This document shows positions 1 to 11,177 of a DNA stretch of 64,000 nucleotides, in pieces (position 1 is the first letter of the stretch; each line of letters begins with the position of its first letter). The DNA is taken from the NCBI GenBank assembly GCA_000708835.1, contig DF237087.1, positions 104,016 through 168,015 on the forward strand. Reading direction: 5' to 3'. The position numbers and the translations under genes were made by a program. Origin of the DNA: Klebsormidium nitens (Eukaryota > Plantae > Klebsormidiophyceae). The notes under the pieces are model-generated. The model ran no database searches, was not told where the DNA came from, and saw only the letters and a list, made by a program, of their open reading frames with translations.

Positions 1-2578
1 TACACATCGCGCCACTTGGCATGCTCTCCTCGTTCCAGTCTGCTCCCCTTTCTCTTGTTGGGCTTGAACTTCACTTCCAACAGAACGTGTGCTGGAACTC
101 TGGTAATCACCAGTCAGGTGCCCGGTTATTAATAACCACGGGCACTCACCCGTTCTTCCTCACTCTCGTCGCTCTTGGCCGGTCGGCGCGCTCGCCAATT
201 GAAGCTTCCCCGCTGCTTCAAACTCTTAAACCCCTCTCCGCTCGGCTGCCTCGCTAAGTCAGCACTTGGCTCCTTTCTCAGTTCCGCTCGTGGCTCCGCA
301 CGAAACCACGCCTCGTCATCGTCGCTCTCTTCATGGTCAGCGCTAACCTGGATCTGAACCCGCTTCTTGACCGCCTTCTTCTTCCGCTTCGTTGACCGCT
401 CGACCCGCTTGCTGAAGATCTCCGAGAACCGCAGCACAGGCTCGCCGCCCGCCTTCTGGAACAGCACCGGAAGCTCTAGGGGTCCCGCAGCCTCAGCCGG
501 CCTCTCCGAAACCTCTAACGCCTCCTCGTCCTCCTCCATAGGAATCCCCTCAGAAAGCCCTTCCGAGCTCTTCGCAACACCTTCCTTCTCCCCCGTCCCC
601 TCCTCGTCGTAATCCTCTTCTTCCGGGGGGGGTACTTGCGGCCACTTTTCTGTGGTGGGTCCCCGCCCCTCCTCATCGTAATCCTCTTCCTCTGGCGCAG
701 CCACGTTTGCCGCTATGATTGGCCCCGGCAAAACTGGTAGTTCCGTTGCTCCCCCATCATCGTCATAATCATCTTCCTCTGCGCCGGGGGCGGCCGGTTG
801 CTGGGGAAGAGGCAGCACAAAGTTTGGCAGGGGGGGTTGTAAGGCGCCAGGGTCGTCAATCACCTCCTGTTCGTCCTCGTAGTCACGTGCGTTCTCTGCT
901 TTCACGTCGTAATCTGCAAGTGAGGCAGAGTGAAAATTGGTGTTGTGACCAGGATTTGAGAAGTTGGAAGATAGCAGCGCAAAAATGAGGTTGACGATGA
1001 CTTCTGGGTCTCTACTTCTACCTCTGAAACCTTGCGGCATCACATTTGCAAGATGTCAGAAGTAAAGCCTTGACGGAAAACGAGAATTAGAGCTGAGAAT
1101 TCGAAGAGATGCCCCAGTATGTCCCAGTGTAAATTCCTGCAGAGCTTGGTTCTACTCGAAAATCAGAACTGTCTGAAAGGAATATTGCCCTTTCCTTTTC
1201 TTTGAGTCACTATGCTTGAGAAAATGCTTCACTTGAGCTGCGGCATCCCAGATCTTGGTCGAGCCCAGACCCAAACGCTGCTTCCCAGAGAAATAAAAAG
1301 TTTGATTTGAGATGCTTTCCAAAGTCTTGGTACCAAGCTGCAGAGCCCATGCACGAAGGATACTTGGAAAGCCCATAATTGACTGGTATCCAATTTCAAC
1401 ACTTTGAGCTAGGACAGGTGGCGACGATGAATCTTAAGACTGACGCTGTTGTGAGCCAGCATGTCTACAATTACATCAAAGATTCTCACCATCATCCTCC
1501 TCGTCCCGGTGATTCTCAGACACGAGCCGCTGCAGGTTGAGCCGTCCACCCAGCCTGGCGCCCAGCTCTCCCAGCTTGTCAATCGCATCCTGGTCAGAAG
1601 AGCACACCAGTGAGCGTGCTGATGATGAAAGTGGGATGATGAACCTTCAGATATCTCCTAGTTGCGAAGGTCTCCCCAGACATTCTGTAGCATCTGGTTT
1701 ATGCTCCGTCTCGCTACAGCTTTTGTTTCTTTTTGACTGATTCAAGAGAACCTGGTTCCTGAAGTTTGTGGCACTTGTATGGTAGATCGTGAAAAAAGGT
1801 GATGTCCAACAAAAGTCCAAAAGTGAGATGGTGTCTGTGCTTCGTGTGCGTCGAGTGCGTTTTCTAAGATCGCAACAAGACCTCGTCACCTTCTTGATGT
1901 CAAGAACAGGGTATAAGCGACCGAAGCCTGTGGTGCTTTTAATCCTTACAGTCAAGTAATCACACAAACCAGGTATGTGGGACAGCAAAAAAGAGGAAGT
2001 TGTAGTGTCAGCAAAAAACAAACAGTTCCGGTGGTTGTCCACAAGCTGCAACTTGGAGATAGAGGTTGAGTAGCCGCAGCCAGAGCAACCTTTAACCTGC
2101 TCTTCGTGTCAACTTGGATTGCTATCAGACTTAGATGGTGACGCAACCAAAAAGTTCTTGGGTTGGTTTCGCAGCCATACAGGATTGTGTTCCACTTGTC
2201 ATTGAAGGAAGAAGAAAGAAGAACTAATAGGTGACTAAATTGCACACTGCGGTCAGACGGCATCTCGGCATATCTCAGAAGCACTTTCAACAAGGAGCCC
2301 ATGAACAAGCATTCAACCTCACACCTCATTCAGCCTGTATTCGTAAGACAAAATGCATGCTGCAGGATTCAGGCAATTGAAACAGTGGTTGCGATGAGGT
2401 GACACGAAAAAAAAGCACCTACTTGGTCAAGATAATTCTCTTCCAGGCGGAGGTTGCGGTCCACGTTCCCAAACATAAACCCTCCCAGCGCGTTTCCTCC
2501 ACCCCCTTCCTCCTTCTTTTCCTCCTCTTCATCTGTGTAACCCCCTTCATCCGTCTGATCGCCCCATGAGGTTGCCAT
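1..2578 (-). CDS. TAF1: TFIID subunit 1, 5' part (runs off the left edge). Exons ~2578-2423, 1589-1490, 913-150, then <=101
   Basis: N-terminal TBP-binding segment GNALGGFMFGNVDRNLRLEENYLDQ|DAIDKLGELGARLG, then DYDVKAENARDYEDEQE and LPVLFQKAGGEPVLRFSEIF, all matching plant TAF1. GT-AG junctions are phase-compatible. Confidence 0.9.
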
Positions 2579-3279
2579 CTCTAAACCACCCTAAATAGGT
2601 GAATTACATGGTGAGCTTCATGCAAGAGCTCACATTTGACCACTACTGGCCAGCACTTCCTCTCGTAAAGTTTACGCCAAAACAGGTTGCAATTAGGAGT
2701 GTGATACGCTGGATGGCCCCATTGATCAATCTCAGCTGTCATGGGCATCTCTGCCAGCAAGCAGCTCGTGCGCCCACCAGAGATAGAAAAACATGCTCAT
2801 TGCTGGAGCAACCAAGCTGATCACCGAAGGGACCTGAGCGGCATTCACAGATGATTCACAAGAAGAGAGCGCCTCCAAGCCAGCGCCAGTGGCAGCAGCG
2901 TCTTGACAATGCTCTCTCAGTCTGGCAACTTGCGGAGTCACAAAGTCTGCTGGCTCTCATTGGCTTATAAGAATTTGAAACTTGAATGTGGTCCGCCTGC
3001 TTCGACGAACTGTACTTACATGACCAATGCGAGCTCGATTCTCAAACGAGTTTCGCAGCAGCTTGCCTGCTCTTCTGCTTTAGAATCAGTGTCCCCTTGT
3101 GGGGAAATCCTGCATGCAGAACGTTGAAACAGAAGTGTTTTTAAATTTACGGTTTCAGCTTCAATTTCAAGTCCGTTTGGTTGTTCAAACTTCAGGGGTC
3201 GGGACGTTTGTGGTGCCTTGCGGCCTTCCTCTAGGTTCATTTCCAACAGGTTTCTCTAGAAAGCTCCTCCGCTGCAATC
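2579..3279. promoter_or_regulatory. Probable bidirectional promoter region between divergent TAF1 and DOHH
   Basis: The two start codons are ~700 bp apart and point away from each other. No specific element was identified. Confidence 0.5.
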
Positions 3280-6200
3280 ATGGTGGTTGCCAGCCCTGAC
3301 GTCGTTGCAAAGCTGCGGGCACAGGTTTTGGACCCAGCAGCGCCCATCGCGCAGCGTTTCAGGACGCTCTTCTCGCTGAGGAATTGCAGTGGGGATGAGG
3401 CTCGGGAGGCCCTGGAAGCTGGTGGGTGAAGCTTGCGCAATATGGAGTTTCATGTACCTATGTACAGCCGTTTGAAGTAGCTGGGTTTCTGAAGAGTGTG
3501 AATTCCGTTTCACATTCTTCATTACCACCATTACCATCATGTCGTTCGAGAAATGTGCATTTTCTGCACCAGACGCTTGGATAGACATTGGAGCTTGACC
3601 TCTAACAACTTTAAGGGTTTCTTGTATTTGGGGGTGGGAGATCTAAGTTGGGATCTAAATGCCAAAGAACTTCGAACACCTTAGCATCTTGCTTGCATGT
3701 GAAATGTCCTCTGCCTTCAGATATATATAGCACTATAGCTACAAAAGTACACACCCAATTTTCGTCTAAAGTTTCTCCTTCGCTGGGTGCTTAAGGATTC
3801 ATAGATTAGCCCTTATCCAGGAGAAACACGGGGGCCACCATGCCTGCAATGTCAGTGTCTGCCAATATGCCCTTGAAACCCTAGAATCTGAAAATCCTTG
3901 CCACCAACTTAAGAGGTGAGAGATTTTGGGGGCCTGTTACAGTGACTACCACCATCGTCGCCATCGCGACGGGTGATACTGTTGCTGACCAGTGCGCCCC
4001 AGTTTTCCCCTCTCCTTTTCAGGATGTCTGTCTCAGTTCAGATCTGGTCGCTAATCCAGATCTCACTGGCACCACAAAATCTGCTCAAGGGCAGCCATCT
4101 CGTTGACCCCTCAATCAAAGGTCATACTAGTGGGGACGTGTAGCCGCAATTGAGTACTATCGGATCAAGCAGTTCTGACTTTCTGTAATGCAGCTATGAA
4201 CGACCCATCAGCCCTGCTGGCCCACGAAGCAGCCTTCTGCCTGGGCCAAATGCAGGACGAGAAAGCAGTGCCTGCCCTCCAGGAGTGCCTCAAGAATGCC
4301 CAAATCCATGCCATGGTCCGACATGAGGTGCGTGCGATTCTGTGATTCCCGTATGGTCAGCTACAAGTAGACTCGACTGTTGGATCCAACTCACATCTCG
4401 CACCGTCAGGAGAGTGTTGCCGTACCTGCTTTTGTATTGGGTATGATGCAGAAGCGTCAGACGCGACAGTTGGGTAGAAGCAGATTATCCTGGTCAAGCT
4501 TTAGATTCCCCGTTGGCCAGTGCGGCTAGTCGACGCTGTTTTTCATGCTAGATGGTTGTCATGAGCTGGCAGTCTTGGAGGTTCTAGCTGAAGCGGGGTT
4601 TGGTGGCAAATTTCGTAACTTTTCGTGTGCATCTTGACCGTGAATAAGATCACTTATGATAGCACCTAAAAGAACACTTCCACACAGTTTGTCAATTCCA
4701 TACAGTATGGCAGTGGATCCTCCCTCGCTGAGCGACAAGTAAACGAGATTAGGGGACTGGTCGTGTGTCATTAGGGGACTGGTCGTGCGTTATTAGGGGA
4801 CTGTCCTGCGTCCTATGTCACTTATCGAAAGCGTGCTCGTTCAATTGGGTCGCAAAGAATGATTGCAAAGCGCCAAGTTCAATTTGACGTACTCTATCTG
4901 GTAGGCTGGGGACTTCTCAGGATCTTGCGAATACGCTGGGCCCTTTTGATGTAACTTCTGCTCAGGCTGGTATGGAAAGTTTCCTACTCCTGCTCAGGCT
5001 GGTATGGAAAGTTCCCTACTCCATTTTTTAAAGTAGCGGGGCCCACTTTCGTACTACCTCACTACTTACATGGCTGGCTGAAGCGCTGAGAGCATTTGAC
5101 AATAGAGCATGCCTCTTCCGGCTGAGGAGAGGGCCTGTGATGCAACTGCAACCGCTTATTGACCCTCGCATCTCTTATGCAGGCCGCAGAGGCGCTGGGG
5201 GCGATTGGCAGCAAGGAGTGCCTTACTTTGCTACAGGAGCGAGCAATCGATGCGGCGCCCGAGGTCGCAGAAACGTGCCAGCTGGCGCTACGGCGGATCG
5301 CGCACAAGCAGGCGGAGTCTGCGGCAAGTACCAGCGGGGATGGGAACTCGCCCTATAAGTCGGTCGACCCGGCGCCGGCCGCCAATCCAAATGCAACGGA
5401 GGCTGAGTTGAGGTGAGCTCCTCTTGTTCATTGTAAACTTGTCGGTCTTACAATTTGCTTGCAAAAATTTAATTCATCTCGCTCTTCGACTACTCAAAGG
5501 TCATCGCTAACTTGTCGATTGATGATGGTTTGTCCAGGTGTTTTACCGCACAAGGATCTGCATAGTCGGCTGCCGGCCGTGTTCTGTTCATGATATATTT
5601 TGCCTACCAGAGATTCGACGCAGGTTGTCAGATTTGAGACCTCCGTGAGACTTTCACAGACCGAAGCAGACTGCTCTGAAGTCGACCGGGGGATGTGACT
5701 GTGGGCATTGTTGAGGCTGCTAATGGCCCCTGCAACCAGCTTCTATCAGCTTGACATCTTCCCTGCCTGTCCGGCTTCAGTTCCAAAAGCCTGCCACAAA
5801 TTCGAGCGTCTAATCCTGGCACTTCTGTGCGTTTCGATGATCTGATTGTATTGTCGCTGCGAGTGGTAGTTCCGTGGAGGACAGTCGGATCGACTTACCG
5901 CTGGAATCATTAGACAAGCGAGTTAAGGCTCTGAGGAACGATATGAGCTTTTCGCTATCAGGCCCCGCTTCAAAAATGTGTCCGAAAGTACGAACCCCTG
6001 GGAGCGTACTTTTTGAGGGAAGCTCCCGTTCGAAGTCTGGCCTCTTCTCTTCCCTCATATCTGAATCAAAGGCTATCTGATTGCTGTGCAGGGCGAGACT
6101 GCTGGACGAAGGCCTCGATCTCTTCGACCGCTACGCTGCCATGTTTGCGCTGCGCAACCGAGGGACGCCGGAGGCTGTCGATGCAATTGTGGACACGTTG

Positions 6201-6963
6201 ACGGCCAAGAGTGCGCTGCTCAGGCATGAGGTGAGCGGCTGCTTATTATCGTGGTCGCATCCTGCTTTTGTATCTTTCTTCATGTTGTCGTAACGTATTT
6301 TCATTCCCCTGGATCCCACTGGGGTCTTAACTTGGAAATGTTCAAATTCTCTTGGTTGTTTTCCGAGTTTCCCCCGGGGTCGGGAGACACCTGTCTGCGG
6401 TGTTCTAGCAAACGGAGCTCTGGTCGCGAGCACTGCTGCGGAAAGTCTCCTAAGCGGCTGAACGATGGGGATTGTCTGGTCAACGCTTCCTTGTCTAGGG
6501 TCCCTACGTTGGTTCTGAGCAGTGCACGGAAAAGCAGGGTCCCTGGCGAATGTGAAGAGAAAGGGCAAGTGTTCGGAAGTTTGTCAACGGCGCTGCACAG
6601 GTGGGTTGCATCTGTCAACGTTGACTCACGGCTTGATTATGTCTGCAGGTAGCATATGTTCTGGGCCAACTGCAGAGCGACCGCGCCACTCGGGCGTTAG
6701 CGGACACGCTCTGCGATGAGTCCGAACACCCTATGGTCCGACACGAAGCGGCCGAGGCTCTCGGTTCCATCGCCGACCTAGCTAGTGTAGAACTACTGAA
6801 AAGGTTTCAGAAGCATTCGGAGCCAATTGTCAGCCAGAGTTGCGAGGTCGCGTTAGATATGCTGGAGAGCGAACAGGCGGGCGAGTTCCAGTATGCCACG
6901 GTGGAGGTTGACCGGATGAACGCAGGGAGTAGTGAACAAACTGCTACGATAGAGGTGTGCTGA
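3280..6963 (+). CDS. DOHH: Deoxyhypusine hydroxylase, 5 exons: 3280-3421, 4194-4327, 5183-5412, 6092-6230, 6649-6963
   Basis: Four His-Glu HEAT-repeat motifs ([41 protein letters not shown]) plus [20 protein letters not shown] and YKSVDPAP. Canonical splice sites. Confidence 0.95.
4748..4812. repeat. ~22-bp tandem repeat x3 (attaggggactggtcgtg..) in DOHH intron 2
   Basis: Visible directly in the sequence. Confidence 0.85.
4958..5022. repeat. 32-bp tandem duplication (ctgctcaggctggtatggaaagtt.cctactc) in DOHH intron 2
   Basis: Visible directly in the sequence. Confidence 0.85.
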
Positions 6964-7963
6964 GTGACTATTGGAACTGCACGAGATTTTTTGGCGAAGA
7001 CCATTGGTTGATAGACTCATACCGAATCTTGTTGTCTGGGAAATGAGCCGCGGCATGTATAACAAGATTGTCCAACAATGACTGCCCGTGATTGCCGAAG
7101 CAAGTGCACTAGCTTGTCGGACCTCAGGTCTTGCATGCCGCAGATCCTGAGTCAAATTGGAAGTGCCGGACGAGGGGCCATTATCGTCGTACATGCCAGA
7201 TGACGGACGTATGCTCAGTGGCAGGCGCCGCGGGTTAATGCAAGCATGCGAACAGACAAGCTGCATGCGTGAGCATTCAAACGTACATTTATGGGACGAC
7301 GGTGCCATAGGAATCAAAGCGGGCTTGAGAATTCCGCGGGCCAGCAGCCATGACATGCCCGGCCGTGCAAGTCTTCACTTACCGTCACCATGAACGGTGA
7401 TCTAGCTTTATATATTGCAATATTACAATTTGCGACCGCATCGACAGCGTCCGACAAGGCGCACCGATGCGGGCCCATGTACAGTTATTGCATAAAATTT
7501 GCCTGCATGATTTGGATGCTTGCTAGAAAAGTGCTAAAGACCGGGTCTCTCATGCAGCCTGAGGCCTTCTCACCATGCATGGCGATACAACGTGCCGAAG
7601 AAGGCAATCAATTACAAAGCATGCCGGCCATGTTAGCCATCTGCCAAAACTGAAACAAGTCCTCATTTCAACAGCTCAGTACGTAATGTCATGCTCGCAT
7701 AATGTGCCGAATGTGCGATGTGAGCCAAGGTTTTTGCACCAGACTGATCGCTTTTGCTTGTGCAGATTTCGAACCCGGTTATCACATCCGGAAAAGTTGC
7801 GAATGCAGATGTCAAACTTATACCGCACTAGCTACGTACTCAACAATTCACTTTATTTTGTTCATGAGTCCTGTCTCCGTCCAAAGCATCCGCTGAAATT
7901 GCACCTCACAACGATGCCTGATCAATCTGCCATTGCACTCATCTGCTTAGACCTACTTCTTGG

Positions 7964-8311
7964 TTAACGCGTTTGTGAACGTATTGACCATCTCCTGACT
8001 TTTGCTTTGATCTTGGGCCCTACCTTGCGCGACCACCCCACAGCGGTCTTTGCAATCCACTCAAGAACGGTCCAGGCGAGGCACGCGCACAGATACAGGC
8101 ACAGCGCGCGCAGCGCGGCATCCACTGGCGGCAGAAAGCGAAAGAGGCCGACGGAAAAAATGAGAATCACCATGTCGATCAGGTCTCGCTCGCCTTGGAT
8201 TGCCGCGCGGAGGGAGGGCCACCCGGATAATGCCGCGACGAACACCTGGACTGTAATTGGGATGCCCAGCTCAGAATCGAACCCGAACAGTCTGACCGAA
8301 AAGAAAACTGA
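7964..8311 (-). CDS. Possible small hydrophobic (membrane) exon or ORF downstream of the F-box gene
   Basis: Open frame with two hydrophobic stretches (MVILIFSVGLF; ALCLYLCACLAWTVLEW). A CTAAC..CAG acceptor lies near 8311. There is no ATG start. Confidence 0.3.
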   Translation of the reverse strand, partial: SVFFSVRLFGFDSELGIPITVQVFVAALSGWPSLRAAIQGERDLIDMVILIFSVGLFRFLPPVDAALRALCLYLCACLAWTVLEWIAKTAVGWSRKVGPKIKAKVRRWSIRSQTR

Positions 8312-8334
8312 GGTTAGTTGTGGTCTGTAAACGG

Positions 8335-10166
8335 TTAAATGAGGTACTCCAGGGAAAGCACCAGGCCAAAGATGACGTCAGCGATGCAGATGCCCCAGAT
8401 CACGCGGTCCGCCGCTCGAAGCGCAACCTCAAACAGGCGTTGTGACCGAATTTCCTGGTTTAGTGGGGTCAGGATTGCGTCCTCGAGGGCGCCCCCGCTC
8501 GGAACCGCAACCGTTTCACCCCGTTCCGCCGCTCCTCTGCGATCCGTTCCGCCCGGAAGTCGTGCCCCGCCCTGGTGCGGCACGATTATTATCCTCTTTC
8601 CCCGCCGTGACGCGCACAGCACCCTGAGTTTTGCGAAGAGCTGCTGTGCCGCAGCTGCGCTCCGCGCATAAAAGGCCGGCCGCAAATGGATGACGAAGCG
8701 GGCGTCGGCGTTTCGCTCCAGAAACTGAGCGACGTAATCAAGGTCCGCCGGAGCCAGCGGAAAGTCGAGCGCAAGCGCTTGCAATCCCTGGCTAGCCTGC
8801 AGCTCTGCGCAGGTCAGAATGGTCCACGCCATGTCATCGTCGCGGGCGAAGTCGTGGCAAAGATGCTGAAAGGTGACGGTTCCGGCGTCGCCCTTGCCAA
8901 GCACAACGGAAAGTGAGCGGACTTCCAAGTAGCTCAGCATGCAGTTGCGAACGACCACGCGGTGAGCGGACGGCGCGCCTCGTAGAAATTTGCCAAGCTC
9001 CTCAAGTAGAGGTTCCTCGAGATGAGTAACGAGGTGCTCGAGGATGACGGTGTAACTGAAAACCTCCGTCGTCGCGCCTCTAGTTTGCGACCCTCCACCG
9101 CCCGTGATTGCTGCTATCTTCGCTCTCTGTTTCACGAGAGAAGAAATCTTCCTCAAGAATCTCTGGTACGCTGCTTCCGAGCCAACGGATTGAGGAGCGA
9201 CTGAAGCAGCGACGCGCTCAAGTTTCGTCTCTCGATCGCCTCAAATGCGCCAAACGGTTCTTGGGCGGGACCCCACGGATTGAATGGCGTCAAACAGTTC
9301 GGCTTCCAGGGGTACGTACCGGACACGTCCTTGAGATTCAGGAGAAATGCACAATCGAGCGCCAGACTTCGAATCACGTCTAACACCGGGTCGTTCGTCA
9401 GGAAACCGGGGTCACCTTCCCCGTCCATTCTAACAGTGACTTGGAACGCCGCTGCTGACAGGGCGATCACGCAGGCCGCGACAAAGTTTGGGGACAACTG
9501 GACCGCTCCAGAGACGTTGAGAAGGACCTCTCTCTTGGCTGACCTCTGTCGTTCAGGCCTTTCCGGCGGACTGCTCGTTCCGTTTCTCACGAAGGCAGAA
9601 TGGCTGCTGCTCACGTTCCGCAGGAAGTTGCAGACGGAGCGGACAGCCAGCGGAATCCGCTGCAGCTGGTCTTCCACCCAGAGCGTGCATGTCTCGAGGA
9701 AGAACCTCACAGAGATCCAGGACTCAGGCACTGCTGTGTACAGAAACCGCAGGGACATCAGCTGCAAATAGATGGCCTCCCTCCAGAGCGACGCCCGCGT
9801 TTTCCGCTTCAGCTGTTCCACCGCCAGTAACTTGGCCATCCTGTGCTTCGTGAAACCCGCGGTGACGTCACCCAGGCTCTCCGCCATTCGCCGTATCTGA
9901 GCTGCGCCTTTCTGCATGCGTGGCTCCAGCCTGATCAGCAGAGACAGAAGCTGGTCCTCCGTGCAAGTTTGCGCGTCCACAGCTCCTAGCTTTATCGCAT
10001 GCCAAAGCTCCGGATCCCGCAGCGCATCCCTGTGGCTCTTGTCCAAGATCTCCAGGCGCAAGCGCTCCTTCAGGCTGATGTCTTTGAGTATCAGACGGAG
10101 GACATCCGCAGGCAGCGCAGCTAACGCCTGCGCTTGTGCAGATGGACGAAGAACCTGAGCCGCCAT
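8335..10166 (-). pseudogene. F-box protein split into two ORFs by an apparent 1-nt frameshift near 9190
   Basis: The N-terminus LAALPADVLRLILKDISLKERLRLEILDKSHRDALRDPELW is an F-box. The second ORF starts at TTG, and its frame stays open ~29 codons back into the first ORF (SEAAYQRFLRKI), as expected for a frameshift. Confidence 0.65.
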
Positions 10167-10677
10167 GGTGCGCGCGCGGGAGTGTAGGCGGTGCTAAGCC
10201 TTTTGATATCCGACGAACTTGCAGATTATATGAAGCGCTTGCAGCTAACGAGCATTATGGGCGAGTAGGACTCAAGCTGCATGGCAGCTACGGTAGCTAA
10301 GGGCCGAAGGGCACAGCTGATGACGTACAGAAGATGTTACAGAAGTTGGTGGATTTTCAAAATCCAACCACTAATAATTCTCCTTTATGAAGCGAGACGT
10401 TCCGCTGTGCGCGCCTTATGTAGCCATTTTGAAGACGTTCCACATACTTTCAGGGCAGTAACAATGTTGATGCGGAGTATGAGGCAGTCAAAGGGCCCGC
10501 TAATTAGTATTACTGGTGCATGCGCTGCCGGCTTGACGATCGGTGCGGTACAAAAACCTGGTTCCGCAACGCGGACCCCAGCGCCAGGCGTCGCATATAC
10601 CTAGTCCGATACCAAGCGGCCGCACCGTACGTGCGACTTGCTCGGCCGGCCGCGGGCGGCGGCGGCTCCTGGCACAA

Positions 10678-10817
10678 CCAGTTGGCGCGACCTTGCATTC
10701 CCACCCAACCCAGCCGGGTACGTCTACCGGGCGGGCCTGGGCCTGGCCCCTCCGGCATACGCTATGAGCCAAAGAGGCTCAGCCCGTGCCGTTACCAAGC
10801 ACTCACAGACCGTTCCC
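10678..10817 (+). promoter_or_regulatory. Conserved non-coding module upstream of header gene A
   Basis: The 38-bp CCAGTTGGCGCGACCTTGCATTCCCACCCAACCCAGCC is identical to 47301-47338. Further boxes (GCATA.GCTAT..GCCA, GTGCCGTTACC, GACCGTTCCC) are shared with C and, more loosely, D. Confidence 0.7.
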
Positions 10818-11177
10818 ATTCAGCACGCCAAAAGAAGACGTCCAGCTTCCTTGCCCATTCAGATGAGCCCTCGCAGTGTGCAAATCAGCCGCAATCTTGC
10901 TCACTTTCCACAGTTCGCTTTCTTCGGTGGCAATTACTTCAGCGGCTTCCGTGTGCGTTAGGCCTCTTGCAGTAGAATGACAGAGCCAAAGCAGGCGGCC
11001 TTAGAGAAGGTGCAGGGCAGATTGGTGTGGCTCAGGGCTTACAGGTTGGCCGGCAATCAATGTCAACAGGGATTGGTGTTCTGTAAAGCGTTGTGGGGGC
11101 GCTTCCTAGTATCAGTCTCATTATCTCTCTTGGTCTTGTAGGAAGCAAATCAGAGCTGGCCCTTCAACTGTGTCGTC

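Noticed and set aside
9153-9156. Bacterial-style overlapping stop/start coupling of two genes
   Set aside because: The overlap is TTGA, not ATGA, and a single-base frameshift in one gene explains it better.
10520-10975. 151-aa ORF upstream of gene A
   Set aside because: It overlaps the conserved upstream module, but the counterpart at C is not kept in frame; more likely non-coding.
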